Below, piece after piece: positions 26,671-41,412 of a DNA stretch of 64,000 nt; position 1 is the stretch's first letter, and each line of letters begins with the position of its first letter. The DNA is from the human T2T-CHM13v2.0 reference genome, Homo sapiens. Location: the NCBI RefSeq assembly GCF_009914755.1, contig NC_060930.1. One strand, given 5' to 3'. The notes under the pieces were generated by a model. The model made no database searches. It saw nothing but the letters and a program-made list of their open reading frames with translations, and was not told where the DNA came from. The position numbers and the translations under genes were made by a program.

Positions 26671-28899
26671 AAAGTGATATTACTTTGTCATCATTCAATC
26701 ATCATGGCTTCTTAAGTGTTTACTGTGTGCCGTTTACAGCTCTAATACACTTTGCATGTATTAAATAGTTTGAGCCTTACAAACCACTCTGGTTTAGTTG
26801 GGAGTTCAATATTATTACTAATTTTGTCTCTGTATACTCTGAAATAAAATATAGTGCATATTTCTTATGAGATTTATATTAGTATTAGACAAGTTTTATA
26901 GTAATATGCAATATAATTACTAGACTTTAGGTTACGTTTACTGATTTCACTAGCTATCTCTATCTTTTAATTTCTAATTTTCATTTAATCTTTGAATACG
27001 TTATTTCATCAGTTTGAAAAAATATTTAGAGCACTCAAATGGTATTAGGGGTCTAAAAAGTCATCAATGGACTGAACTCAAAAGGCCATTTCACAAGTTT
27101 ACCTCTCTTGTGAAATGTACAAAGGCTAAGAGTTTTTTCTGTTACAAATGGTTAGGTCAATAGGTTATAACATTATCAATAGTGAAAGCTTTAATACTCA
27201 TCAATCAACAGGTTATTACATTATCAGATGCTACTAGGATTCTGCAATCATGCTTACATTTAAAATATTTTGAACATTTTCTTAGAACTTTGCTTTAGAC
27301 AAATGGTATTACAGCTGCAAAAGTCTAAACTACCTTTTGCCTACCCACAGATGCAGATTTTCATGAATGATATAAAAATGCAGAAAATAAAAATTGAAAG
27401 ATACTACTATTTTGTTAGTGAATAACAGAAAAGAATGTGCTAGTTACATAAAGAGCCTGAAGGTATTTCTAGTGCTGTCAGATGACAAAATTGACAACTG
27501 GGAGCTTTGGTAGGACCTTTGTGTTACTGATGGCTTGCCTGCATATTTTGTAGTGACACATTTTTCACTGTTCTACATGGCTGTATAATTAACTTACATT
27601 AAATAAATGTATGTTTTTTGCTAGTAACAGTTGACATTGTTTATTTTGTTATCCAGTTACCCTGGATCTTATTATAGCTGCTCAGATGGGAAGAGAAAAA
27701 TGATCAATGAGTCTAAGTGGAAAAGGAAAGGAGAGAGAAAAAGAATGCAAAAAAGAAAAACTTTGTGGAGTTTTGAAGAACAAAAAGTTGAGAATGCAAA
27801 TGAATGAATAAATAGCCAAAGAGATGATTAATGTGTTTATGTTGTATGGTACACACTCCAAGAGAAAATGTACTTTGAAAGAAAAAGAAATCTTTCAATG
27901 ATTACAAAGTTGGTTTAACAAAACACTGTTCTTATTGTCAAAATAAAAACCATACCTTCTCAGCTATGCACACCATTTGGGGTATAATAAATAGGTTCTT
28001 GGCAGAAAGAACTATTGATTTATCTTATTTTTCCCATGACTTTCATATTACACAGGGGGAAGCAATCACACAGTGGATTTCTGGTGGGCAAGTTCAATCA
28101 TCAAGTGTTCTCAAACCTCCACCTTGCAAATAAAATGATAGCATATGAAGAAAAGTAATACATATCAGGAAGGCAGCATGCAGGGATTGAGCCAATGACA
28201 TTTTGATTGGTTTCATTTCCTTTTAAATAAGTCTATTTTATGTATGGATGTAGTGTGAAATCACTCCCAGGGTTGGCATCAGGAGGGGAGGTTTTCAGAA
28301 TCAGAATATTATTGCTATTATTAAAATTCAAATGAAAGGAAGAATTGGAAAAATCATCTTCATAATCAGGAAGATTTGTAAATTTTTAAATGTAATATTT
28401 TGAATCTGGTCTTAAATATTTTTCAAATAATTATATATTTATGTTTGTTACATCATTCACAGATATTAATAGCACCATTAATTTTATGAATGAAATGTAC
28501 TTTAGTGTCTAGGAAAGAGCATATGAGAATATTAAGACAATATGTACTATAATATAGACCTGGAATTCCTAGAATTTAGGGAAGAGTTACAAAGTCCTAA
28601 AAACCCTAAGACCCGGAGATATGTAAATATTAGGACACAGGGGTAGGTCTAACAGCATAGTCACAGAGCATAGAAAAGTAGGGGAGGTGTTGCTCATATT
28701 AACCTGTGTTGAAAGAGATAAAGAGACCTGAAACAACTGTATGTTCAGATGGAAGATGGCCAGATTGAGGAGAGAAGTGGATGTGGAGGAATAGCAACAC
28801 AACACCACACTGTTGACTGTACCCAGCTACCATAACTGGAATCCCACTATTCCTGGAACAGGTCAAGTGTGGATAGTTTACTGAAGTGAGAAAGGCTGG

Positions 28900-29945
<1,046 letters not shown>

Positions 29946-31317
29946 TCTCATTCAGACTAGTTTTGATTACTTAAAGAATGTGTCTAGACAGAGAAAAGAG
30001 TAAATTCTGACTACACTCTGGGACATCTAAACGTGTTATTGTAAGGAAGATGAGGATAAAACAATGCTTGGTATTGCCACTGGTTTAATTGTTGCCAATT
30101 TGTTGGGAGAAATTGTGCTTCTTGTTATTTGAATTTGCATTTCTTTCATAAGTAATGTGATAGAGCATTGTTTTCTATTAACTGACTATATATTAGTTGT
30201 GACAAAGTTTTCACTGACATACTATAAAATTAATTTTTTAATTTATAATCTGTGACCTTTAACACATGACTAGATTCATGTAACCACCACTACAATCAGG
30301 ATATAGAACAATTCCATCACATTTTGCTACTCTCTGCCAGTGTAATTCTGGCACTTCCACCTCACTGAATGTGGGTAATCACATTTTCTTGCTTCTGGAA
30401 CCCTCCTGGTAGCTTGAGCAGCAGGTCCTTGCAACAGTATTAAATCCTATATTCTGCAAAAATGTCCCATAGTGATAAACTTTCCTTTACCTAAACTTTT
30501 GTTCTGTTCCTTTTGGTCTAGCACACTCAGAATCCAGTCTCACCTATATTTTCCTGGCTCCTAAACATACATGTCGACTGAATCCTGAATTTTCTTCTCC
30601 TCAGAGGTCCACTTCTCCCTTAGCTTGTGCAACAAGTAATGTGACATTATTTATTTATTTCAAGAGGGGAGGTGAGGGCATAACCTTGGGGTGGGGGTGC
30701 ATGGTTTCATTTAGTAGGTGAGGATCTCCATTATCTTCAAGCTATGGGGCAGCACTAAACTTCAACAGGGAGCAGTTGCCCATTTCTGCTGGCACAGAGC
30801 ATTAAGAGGAATCTTGGACTTCAAGATTTTTGAGTGCCTCAACCCATATGCTCCTGTTTGCCAGGGTCCTGTTTTTCAAGCCAGGGCTTTGATCTTGGCA
30901 TACAGACATGACTTGTTTGGGAGCTTAACCTTTGTTGGAGCTCTTCTACTCTTGAATGCTATACCTTTTTCTAAGCTTCTTCTGCTTGCCTGGTAAAGAA
31001 AGTGAAAAAAATTTATAGGCTAAAAGAAGGCCTTCTGACTTTCTCTCTTAGTTTTTAATTGCCTACTAGTTCTCAGTCTTTAGTTATTGTTTTCCCCCTG
31101 AAAGTATCACTTTCACTTGTCAACAAGTATCCAATTCCATTGCTTTATGGTTACAATGCACCTGAAATGTGTAATTTGCCAGATACATTGCACCTGCTAA
31201 TGCAGTTCCTTGACCTGGAATACCAATTCCAGTTCACTATATGTGAAACTTTTAACACATGCGTTGCTGCTTGATGCCAAGTTTCACATGTATTCTATTA
31301 TATCTACTATCAGTGAT

Positions 31318-31426
31318 GGCTTTTCTAGAAAATAGTGTCACCTAAGCAGGATAGGAGCTGCACTGGGCAGAATATTGTTCAGTTTCTAGGGCCGTCAGCC
31401 AAAGAAAATTGCGATGGTGATGGAAA
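31318..31426 (+). repeat. 109-bp paired duplication, copy 1
   Basis: Ungapped 100/109 match to 32248-32356. Confidence 0.95.
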
Positions 31427-31510
31427 GTATTCATTGCCTTCTGGATGACAAGGGATCCAAACCAAAATTTTATATATGCCACCTACTTTCTTGATTCACT
31501 TCTGGAACCA

Positions 31511-31905
31511 GCTTCTACAAGTTGATTTCTCTGGAAAATATGCAGGAAATATACTAGGAATACCTTTGAGATCATCTCTTGTGGGAGGGAAGGAAGTAAG
31601 GAAAGGACAAAGTTTAGTTCCAATGCAGTTCCAATGAAGACCCCAGTTGTTCCCAGCTGTAGTTAGAACAGCCCTCCAGAATTGAGTGAGGGGCAGGGCC
31701 TCTGTATCTCAATATCAATCAGTCATATCTAGAATACCCTGGGAAGGCGGTATGCTCTTAGACTTGACAGCTTTCTTCTGCTGAGGCTATGCTCAAAGCA
31801 ATGTGGGAATTGAGGGCTGTCTGTCTCAGTGCTCCCAGCAGGTGCATCCACATCTTGGTCATTCAGGAAGGAGGATCTGAATGGCACCATATGGTGTCCA
31901 CAACC
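31511..31905 (-). mobile_element. LTR16-type ERVL LTR
   Basis: Reverse complement starts tgtggacaccatatggtgccattcagatcc; internal gagggctgtctgtctcagtgctcccagcag. Confidence 0.6.
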
Positions 31906-32247
31906 ATAGCCCTCAGCTTTTTCTGTTCTGCTAAGTCTGTATGCCACTTTTTCTATTCACCCTATTGCTTTACTCTTAGTTTCTAAAGTTTGGTCAATAC
32001 TTACCTCTTTTACTATTCTTTTTGTTTTTTTGGGGTTTATATCTTAAAACAACAACAACAACTTTTAAGGTGTCATTTTAGAGGGGTGTCAATAGTAAAG
32101 AGAACACATGTGTTCAATCTGCTTTATGAACCTGAACTCTGAAGTAGCCTTCTGATAAGGACAGTGTGAAATATACTGTTTCTATTTCTGGCCCATGTGG
32201 TCTCAGCTTCCATTTCACTTGTTCCATATCCAGGTACCTGTCCAGAA

Positions 32248-32356
32248 GGCTTTTCTAGAAAATAGTGTCACCTAAATAGGATAGGAACTGCACTGGGCAG
32301 AATATTGTCCAGTTTCTAGGGCTGTTGGCCAAAGAACATTGCAATGGTGATGGAAA
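32248..32356 (+). repeat. 109-bp paired duplication, copy 2
   Basis: Ungapped 100/109 match to 31318-31426. Confidence 0.95.
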
Positions 32357-33427
32357 AAATATGGCAAGCTGAGACATGAGGAATGAATCAGACCTTAACA
32401 CAAACACAATACTCTGGAAGCCTCTTCCTCCTTAACTTGCTGCTCACTTCACACACACACACACAGACACACACTTCTTAGGTGGAGAAATGGATTTCAA
32501 CTTATACATGCAGAGAAACATTGTTCTGCTGTTTAATTATATCCTGATTGTTCATTTATTCTGGTAGCCTTGGGAAATATTTATTATATCCATATTCAAT
32601 TAAAAAATGAAAAAGCCAAAAGAATTACCACACTGACATTTAGAAAGCATGTCCTTATCATTGTTAATTTTCCCCGAAAGTAATACAGTTATTATGAGCT
32701 ACATTATTTAGAGTTTGGCCTGAAGTCTGTTATAAAAAAAATTCCACTTGGATTTAGGTTGCGGTGTATCATTTTGTCAAAAATGTAGGTCTGTTGCTGC
32801 CTTCATTTGGATGAGAGCTCTTATCTAGTTTCCAATTTGGTCTAGCCCATTTCTCTATACAGCTGACACACTCACTGGGGATGATTCTCTCAGGATTTTT
32901 TGTCAGTCAAAAATCATCTGGAAATGAAGATTCCCTTAACTCTGGGAGGTTGGAGTTCATTACAGAATGAAGCTATTTGATTTTCTTCTGAAGGGAAAGA
33001 ACAGATAATGATGAACATTGTCACTCAAAAATATACTGTTTCAAAATTTCAATACCTTTCACTCTACAGCAGAGATCATTAAGTTTAGTAGTAAATTGGC
33101 TATTTCAACAGTATGAATGTTCTGGTGAATAAACTAAAATCAATAGGAGTTAAGCTATGTGCTTAAATTCACAAAATAATAGAAATAATAGAGATTGGTG
33201 TCTTATTGTTTGCTAAGTTAGATTGGATGATTGCTCACATCCTATTCATGGTTCTTGTATCACTACAGCCTTTTCTCAGCATTTTTCCCCCACAGTGTCT
33301 ATCACATAGACTTGCCCACTTTGAGTTTCCGTTAAGTGTTGAAGTAGGGTGTCTTGTTTTCTTCCTAATATTCCCAATATTATGGCCCATGTAGTCTATC
33401 ATGATCTTTTGGAATTTTTGTGAACTA

Positions 33428-36260
33428 TTTTTTTCCTTTTCAACTTTTATTTTAGAATCAGGGGGTGTTTGTGCAGGTTTGCTACAAAGGTATATTGCAT
33501 GATGTTAATATTTGGGACATGACTGAACTCAGAACCCAGATAGCGAGCACAGTACTCAATAAGTAGTTGTTTTCAAACCTTACCTTCCTCCTTCCTCCCT
33601 CTTGTATTCCCCAGTGTTTATTGACCCATCTTTATGTCCATGTATCCCCAGTGTTTTGCTCCCACTTATAAGTGAGGACTTGCAGTATTTGGTTTTCTGT
33701 TTCTGTGATATTTTGCTTAGGATAATGATTTCCAGCTGTATCCATGTTACTGTAAAGGATATAATTTCATTCTTATTTTGTGTCTACATAGTATTGCATG
33801 GTGCATATGTACCAGTTTTGTTTTTCCAATCCAGAGTTGATGGGTGCCTAGGTTGATTCCATGTCTTTCCTATTGTGAATAGTGCTGCAATGAACATATG
33901 GGTGCATGTGTCTTTTTGGTAGAATGACTTATTTTCCTTTGGGTATACACCCGTAGGGAACTGCTGGGTTGAATGATAGTTCAACTCATTTCTTTGAGAA
34001 ATCTCCAAACTACACTCCACAGTGGCTGAGCTGGTTTACATTCCCACCAACAGTGTATGTGTTCCCTTTCTCTTCAGTCTTGCTATACCCTGCAAAGCCA
34101 CAGGGGCAGAGCTGCCCAAGGCTGTGGGAGCCCACCTCTTGCATCAGTGTGACCTGGATGTGAGACATGGAGTCAAAGGAGATCATTTTGGAGCTTTAAG
34201 ATTTGACTGCCTTGCTGGGTTTCAGACTTGCATGGGGCTTGTAGCCCCTTCTGGCTGTATTTACCCAATGCCTGTATCCCCATGGTGTCTAGGAAGTAAC
34301 TAACTTGCTTTTGATTTTACAGGCTCATAGGTCAAAGGGACTTGCCTTGTCTCAGATGAGACTTGGGACTATGGACTTTTGAGTTAATGCTGAAATGAAT
34401 TGAGACTTTGGGGGACGGTTGGGAAGGCATGATTGGTTTTGAAATGTGAAGATATGAGATTTGGGAGGTGCCAGGAGCAGAAAGATATGGTTTGGCTCTG
34501 TGTCCCCATCCAAATCTCACCTTGTAGCTCCCAGAATTCCCACGTATTGTGGGAGATGACTGAATTATGGGGATGGGTCTTTCCTGTGCTGTTCTCATGA
34601 TAGTGAATGGGTCTAATGAGATCTGAGGGTTTTAAAAATGGGAGTTGCCCTGAACAAGCTCTTTTTTTGCCTGCCGCTATCCGTGTAAGACGTGACTTGC
34701 TCCTCCTTGCCTTCCATCATGAGTGTGAGGCCTCCCCAGTCATGTGGAACTGTGAGTCCAAATAAATGTCTTTCTTTTGTAAATTGCCCAGTCTTGGGTA
34801 TGTCTTTATCAGCAGCATGAAAACACTTGCCAACATTTGTTATTTTTTTACTTTTCAACAAAAGTCATTCTGACTGGTGTGAGATGGTATCTCATTGTAG
34901 TTCTGATTTGCATTTGTCTGATGATGAACATTTTTTCATACGTGTGTTGGTCACTTATATGTCAACTTTTGAGATGTGTCCATGTTCCTTGCTCACTTTT
35001 TCATCGAGTTATTTGTTTTTTGTTTGTTAAGTTCCTTACAGATTCAGGATGTTAGACCTTTGTCAGATCCATAGGGTGCAAATATTTTACAAACAGTAAA
35101 AGTTGCCTGTTTACTTTCTTGATAGTTTCTCTTAGTGTGCAGAAATTCTTTAATTAGGTCCCACTTGTCAATTTTTGTTTCAATTGCTTTTGAGGACTTA
35201 GCCATAAATTCTTTGCCAAGGTCAATTTCAAGAAGGGCATTTCCCGTTTTTTGTTTTGTTTTGTATTTTTTTTCTAAAATTTTTATGGTTTGAGGTCTTA
35301 AGTCTTGAATTCATCTTGAGTTTATTTTTGTACATAGTGATAGGTGGGGAACCAGTTTCCTTCTTCTGCATATGAATAGCTGGTTATCCCAGCACCATTT
35401 ATTAAATAGGGAGTCTTTTCCCCATTGCTTATTTTTGTGGACCCTGTTAAAGAGCAGATGGTTGTAGGTGTGTAACTTTATTTCTGGGTTCTTTATTCTG
35501 TTCCATGGGCCTATGTGTCTGTTTTTGTATCAGTATCATGCTGTTTTGGTTACTGTAGCCTTGTAGTATAGTTTGAAGTCAAGTAATGTGATACCTCTGG
35601 CTTTGTTCTTTTTGCTTAGGATTGCTTTGGCCATTTCAACTTTTTTTGGTTCCATATGAATTTTAGAATAGTTACCTAGGGATAGCATTGAATCTGTAAA
35701 TTGATTTGGGGAGTATGGCCATTTCAATGATATTGATTTTTCCAATTCATAAGCATGGAATGTTTTTCCATTTGTTTGTGCTGTCTCTGATTTATTTCAG
35801 CAGTGTTTTGTAGTTCTTGTTGTAGAGATCTTTCACCGTCTTGGTTAGCTGTATTCCTAGGTATTTTACTCATTTTGTGGCTATTGTAAATGAGATTTCA
35901 TTCTTGACTTAGCTCTCAGTTTGAAAGTTATTGTCATATAGAAATGCTGTTGATTTTTGTACATTGATTTTGTACCCTGAAACTTTACTGAAGTCATTTA
36001 TCAGCTCTAGCAGCCTTTCGGTGGAATCTTTAGGGTTTTCTAAGTATAGAATCTCATCATCAACAAAGATAAATAGCCTAACTTCCTCTTTTGCTATTTG
36101 GATACTTTTTCTTTCTTTCTGTTGCCTGATTATTCTGTCTGGGACTTGAGTATTATGTTGAATAGGAGTGATGAGAGTGAGCATTCTTGTCTTGTTCCAG
36201 TTCTCAAGAGGAATGCTTCAAGCTTTTGCCCAGTGACTATGATGTTTGCTGTGTTTGCCA
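33428..36260 (-). mobile_element. L1 (L1PA16/L1PB-like), 5'-truncated, ORF2 RT to 3'UTR, interrupted by THE1
   Basis: ORF track gives L1 ORF2 peptides ([22 protein letters not shown]...[14 protein letters not shown]; [27 protein letters not shown]; KDTCTHMFIAALFTI). Confidence 0.92.
34084..34825 (+). mobile_element. THE1 internal 3' part (34084-34482) plus 3' LTR (34483-34825), truncated at both ends
   Basis: ccctgcaaagccacaggggcagagctgcccaag...gatatgagatttgggagg (THE1-int, PPT), then gatatggtttggctctgtgtcccc...tcagcagcatgaaaac. Confidence 0.9.
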
Positions 36261-36304
36261 TATTATTTTCAATAATACGTATTATTTTGATATATTGAAC
36301 ATGT

Positions 36305-36670
36305 TTTTAGGTTCATTGACACCCATTCTTTACTCTCAAACCATTCACCAGTAATGAAATACACAGCTTCTAGTTTTTAACACCTATAACACTAGTTCAA
36401 GTCCCCATATTATGAGTTCATTGTACTCTGTGCTTTATATAACTTTTGGAACCCTTTTTTAAAATTCAACAGCACTTCTCTCAATTAATAATTATGTTTC
36501 ATAACACAATTGATTTGATTATTTGATTAATTTTATTCTTCCCATATCTAAACTGCAAATTCCATGAAGGTAGGTTTATATCTGTTTGCAAAACTGCAGT
36601 ACTTTCTGTACCTAGCATATTTTAGAGTATACAGAAGGTGTGCAGTATACTTCTTTTGTATAAATGAAGG
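36305..36670 (+). mobile_element. L2 3' portion
   Basis: ctaaactgcaaattccatgaaggtagg...tacctagca...ataaatgaa. Confidence 0.6.
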
Positions 36671-37029
36671 ATCCACTTTGCTTTGTTTTCTTTCATATAG
36701 GTTTTGGTAACACCACTTATACTTTTGGAATTTAGACTCCAAGATTTTTTATATTCTTCATTGTTTATTATTTCTTCAGCACTTATAACTAATTATTTAT
36801 AATTATAGCTTTATTTTTTTACTACATTTTACATTCTGTATCCTCAAAATCTTTGAGAATGTGGTTCAATGATTAGAAGAGACAATATTCCCTTAGAAAC
36901 AGAACATAGATTCAATTAATATTGCCACTTTTTTGTATTGTCTGGGGTCGGAGTAGGCAAGGAAAGTAGGAACAAAATCTCTGTGGTGTTGGAAGCCTGT
37001 CATCTTTTTGTATGTATATCAAAACACTA

Positions 37030-37240
37030 ATAAGGACAACAATTTTTTAGTATGACTTCTGTGCCAAGAACTGTGCTAGTTACTTTGCATATTATGTTTT
37101 ATCTAATTCAAAAATAACCCAGAGTTTGATGCTTTCACTCACATTTTACAAATGACACAATTTGTCTAAGTCCACACATCTAAGAAGTGAGATTCAGATC
37201 ATGCTCTATATACCATAGTAATTCAACAATTCATTACATA
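37030..37240 (-). mobile_element. MIR
   Basis: tctgtgccaagaactgtgctagttactttgcatat...cattttacaaatga...tttgtctaagtccacac. Confidence 0.65.
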
Positions 37241-37830
37241 CCATGAAGCAATTTTCCAAAGTTATATTTATGTAAAAACTACACAAATCTCTGTGATAAA
37301 AATCAGTACAATCAGTAGGATAGTAAGTGACATCTATTTTGCCAGTATATACAAATCAAATGTTTTCCTTTTCTAGGTTTTATTTTATTTCTTGTTGCTG
37401 CTATTTCTTCCAGCTCTCTGAGGACTATGGAATATAAGGCTCAATTTTAAAAAAATAAAAAAAAACAAGGTTTACTATGTGAGTTTACTTACACATTTCT
37501 TCATGTCTTGGCTTTATAAACCACTTATTGTAAAAGCTTCTTCTCAAGGGAGCATGAGGATTTATGGATTTATTTTTCAGCATTTCTACTAAAAGTGTTT
37601 ATTGCACAGCTAAATAAGAAAGTGAACTTTTACTTTGGCAGAGGCTTTATTGCCACTCAAAAGAAAGCTTTTAGAGAGGAACTATATTGTATTTGGGTGG
37701 ATCACAGGTACTTAATATGTTTTGTTAAAGTTTTAAGAGTCTGTTCAGAAAAGAGATGAAAAATACCAAAGACAATAGAAATAAAATTATGAGACTATAC
37801 CCTTACACTGAAATTCTGGACTCAGTATTT

Positions 37831-37897
37831 ATATGTGTGTGTGTGTGTATATATATACACACACATATATATACACATATATACATACATATATATG
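37831..37897. repeat. Mixed (TG)/(TA)/(CA) microsatellite
   Basis: Direct reading. Confidence 0.85.
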
Positions 37898-37914
37898 TAA
37901 TTGAAATTATTAAA

Positions 37915-38870
37915 TCTTTCATTCATTCATTCAACAAGTATTTATTGTCCGCCATGTGGTAGAAACTGTCTCAGGTGATGGACATATGATGGTGACCCAC
38001 ACGGCTCCTGTCTTCATGAAGCATCTGTTCAATTAGGAGAATTTAACAATGAAAATGTGTATACATAAATGCATATATATACACACACATATAGTAACTA
38101 AGGCCATGAAAATTAAGTATTTGGTGATAAAGAATTATAGAAATACACCGGGTGCAGCAGCTCACTTCCTAGCTACTTGGGAAGTTAGGTGAGGAGATCA
38201 CTTGAGCCTAGGAGTTCGATGCCTAGCCTGGGCAATATAGTGAAATTCCATCTCTAAAAAACATTAAAAAAAGGAATTACAGATAGAATCTACTTGATTT
38301 AGAGTAGAAAGAGAATGCAGTTTCAGTTAAACCAGATGAAAAATGAAAAACTAATCAGGGGAGGATCTCAAAAAAATCCCGGGTATTATTAAAACAAAAT
38401 AAAAAACCGGACAGCAGACACAAATGATGTATTGGAGACTGTCACCTTGCAGGAAGGGAGAGTGCGACTAGTATCTTCTGAAAAAGAGGAACAGTGGCAC
38501 ATGTTGGGGTTGTTAAAGTTGATATGGTTCAAGTTCTGAGGTCTAGAATAGCAAAATAAGAATTCCATTTTTATTCAAGTACACTGTGAAGTTACTGAAG
38601 TGTTTTAAGCAAAGTAATTACATGATCTGATTTATATTTTACAAAAATTGCTCTTATTGCTAAAATGAAATGGAAAGGAGAGGAAAGCAAATACATAAAG
38701 GGCAGAACTTTCCAGTAGAATGTTGATGGATGGTGCCAGTGAAGGAGATAATTGGATGAAATGGAGTCAGAAGGAGCACAGTTCTATGAAAACAATGGAC
38801 TAGATCCAAAATTACAGAATTCTAGGCAATGCAGCCTGAGTAAGTGGCATTAGCGTGAAGAGATGTTACT
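37915..38870 (-). mobile_element. L2 (3' end and body), interrupted by a FLAM
   Basis: ttcattcattcattcaacaagtatttattg (L2 tail); gaagtgttttaagca..catgatctgatttatatttt. Confidence 0.7.
38146..38272 (+). mobile_element. FLAM/Alu monomer
   Basis: Single Alu arm with A-tail; TSD-like AAGAATTATAGA / AGGAATTACAGA. Confidence 0.8.
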
Positions 38871-38976
38871 AGTGCCTTTTAGAAAACATTAAGTGGGCTA
38901 TTACTCAAGTTCTCTTTTGTTATTCTAGTGCTAATTACCCCATTAATGGTTGATACAGACAGCCTCCCCTCTCCCA

Positions 38977-39016
<40 letters not shown>
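38977..39016. repeat. (CT)n microsatellite
   Basis: Direct reading. Confidence 0.9.
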
Positions 39017-39020
<4 letters not shown>

Positions 39021-40147
39021 CTTCTTTTAACACTTTTGGTTCTGCGCCCATGACAATTGACATTTTGAACTAAGAAGAAATAATAATTTCTATCATTCAT
39101 TTTTGTAACTGTGCTTTATAGATGATTTCAGACAATGACATGGAGACAAATAAAGCTTTAATTAATAACAATTATTCTTCCTATTTCTAATTTTCATATT
39201 TAAAGAATAAAGAAAGAAATAAAAAGGCAAAAGCTAACTGTTTGCATTTTAGTTATAGTGGAAGATAATGAGATACTAAGGTATTTTAGGTTGGTATTAT
39301 GGAAATAGGATACATATGCACCTAAGCCTTTCTTGTTCATTTAGTATACTTTAGAATTAAAGGAAATTTGTTGCGTTTAGTTGAATTTCATGTACCTTTG
39401 AATTTCACTTTGACCTAGGTAGAGATATTTTAAAATAAAATATAAGCAATTAACATATTTTTTTCTAAAATCTGTGCTTGTTTTCATAAATCTCAGTTCT
39501 GCTACAGATGCTTAGTTGGTGTTTCTGGAGACTCTTTTCATGTAGAATAGGTTTAGTCTTCACTTTCTGCAATGCTATTGGCATGGCATTGCATGAAATC
39601 CAAAAAGAGTGTAGTTATAAACACATTTGGCTTTTCCATCAAAGGGTGATATTTTCCCTTCAAGAGTATGTTTTGCGCTTTTTATCTGGGCCTGATTTAA
39701 TGGCTATGTGGTAAATATTGTGAGATTACTTCTCCCAGTTAAAAAAAAAAAACAACAACAAAAACTCAATAGGATATGATACTGTTTTCAATTTTCTGCT
39801 TTATAATCCATTTTAAAAACCTGAAAGATAGGAAAGTTATGAAATGTTCATAATTCATTTTGTTGTGTTACTTAGAGAAAGTAGTAACATATCCCAGATC
39901 TGAATTCTAATGCAACAGCAGAAGTTTATTGGCCCTGACTGATACAAAGCAATGGCCATCATTTTTGACCTATCGGCCATCATTGCAAAATGATGTTTAA
40001 GAATTCCTAATTTGTTATATGTAACTTTTGAGTCATAGTGAATTCATAAAACAGTGTTTTATAAACACTCCTAAATGACTATCTTGCTATAGATGATTAC
40101 ATTGGTAGAATATGAAATGTGATTTTAATCTTTTTGATTCCCAGTTA

Positions 40148-40492
<345 letters not shown>

Positions 40493-40999
40493 ACGTATAA
40501 CCTTGCCTAGGAATGGAAAGAATAAACATTTTGTACCTTATGGGCTTAGTTTATTATCTATGTTGAGTGGTAAAACTAAGTACTTTAAACTTTTTGCAAT
40601 CAACCATCCTAACATGAATTAGATGTTATTATCTATTCACTATGTTCTATTTGGCCAGTTGATTTGCATCTGTTAATCTATCATTCCGATTTTTAGGAAA
40701 CTTTGATTTTTTTCAATTAATGTCGTGTGTCATATATATATATAATAGCCTATACATAACACAAATGTTTACATTAAATAGCAAAGCTAAAAGTGAACTC
40801 ACCACTTAGATTAAGAATTCCACTAGGGTTTTAAATAGAATTTAGCAAGTTTAATGAAAAACAAAGGGCCAAAAATAATAATAAATTGCCTAAAAAGGAA
40901 AATAGACTGAGAGGTATTAGCCATCATAGATAACAATATATTTTGTAAAAGTATAATGATTAAGACAAAGTGGTATGGAAACAATAAAAGACCATGTTA

Positions 41000-41412
41000 T
41001 CTTCTACTCTTAGTTTAAAAGTTTAATACATTTAGAATTTTATCAAATGTTTTGTATAATGAAATGATTGTACACATATAAATATACAATTAGTAATAAT
41101 ATGGTGAATTAATACACTTCCAAATGCTGAATCAATTTTGCATTCCTGGAATAATTTGAATTTGATAGTGATTCATTAACTTGAAAACATTGTTGGATTT
41201 TATTTGCTAATATTATAGATTTCTTATTATTTTGCATTTGTGTTTGAAATGGTGTTACCATTTCTAGCACCATTAGTCTGGTTGTGGTATAAATATTACA
41301 TTAACCTTGTGATTGGAAAATCCTTTATCTTTTCTATTCCCTGAAAGATTTGCATGAGATTTTTTTCTCCCCTGAATGTTTGGTAGAAATTACCTATGAA
41401 ACTCTTGGTACC
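41000..41412 (-). mobile_element. Old L1 ORF2 fragment
   Basis: Translates on the minus strand as ...SFIGNFYQTFRGE..., resembling L1 ORF2 GFTGEFYQTFKEE. Confidence 0.7.
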
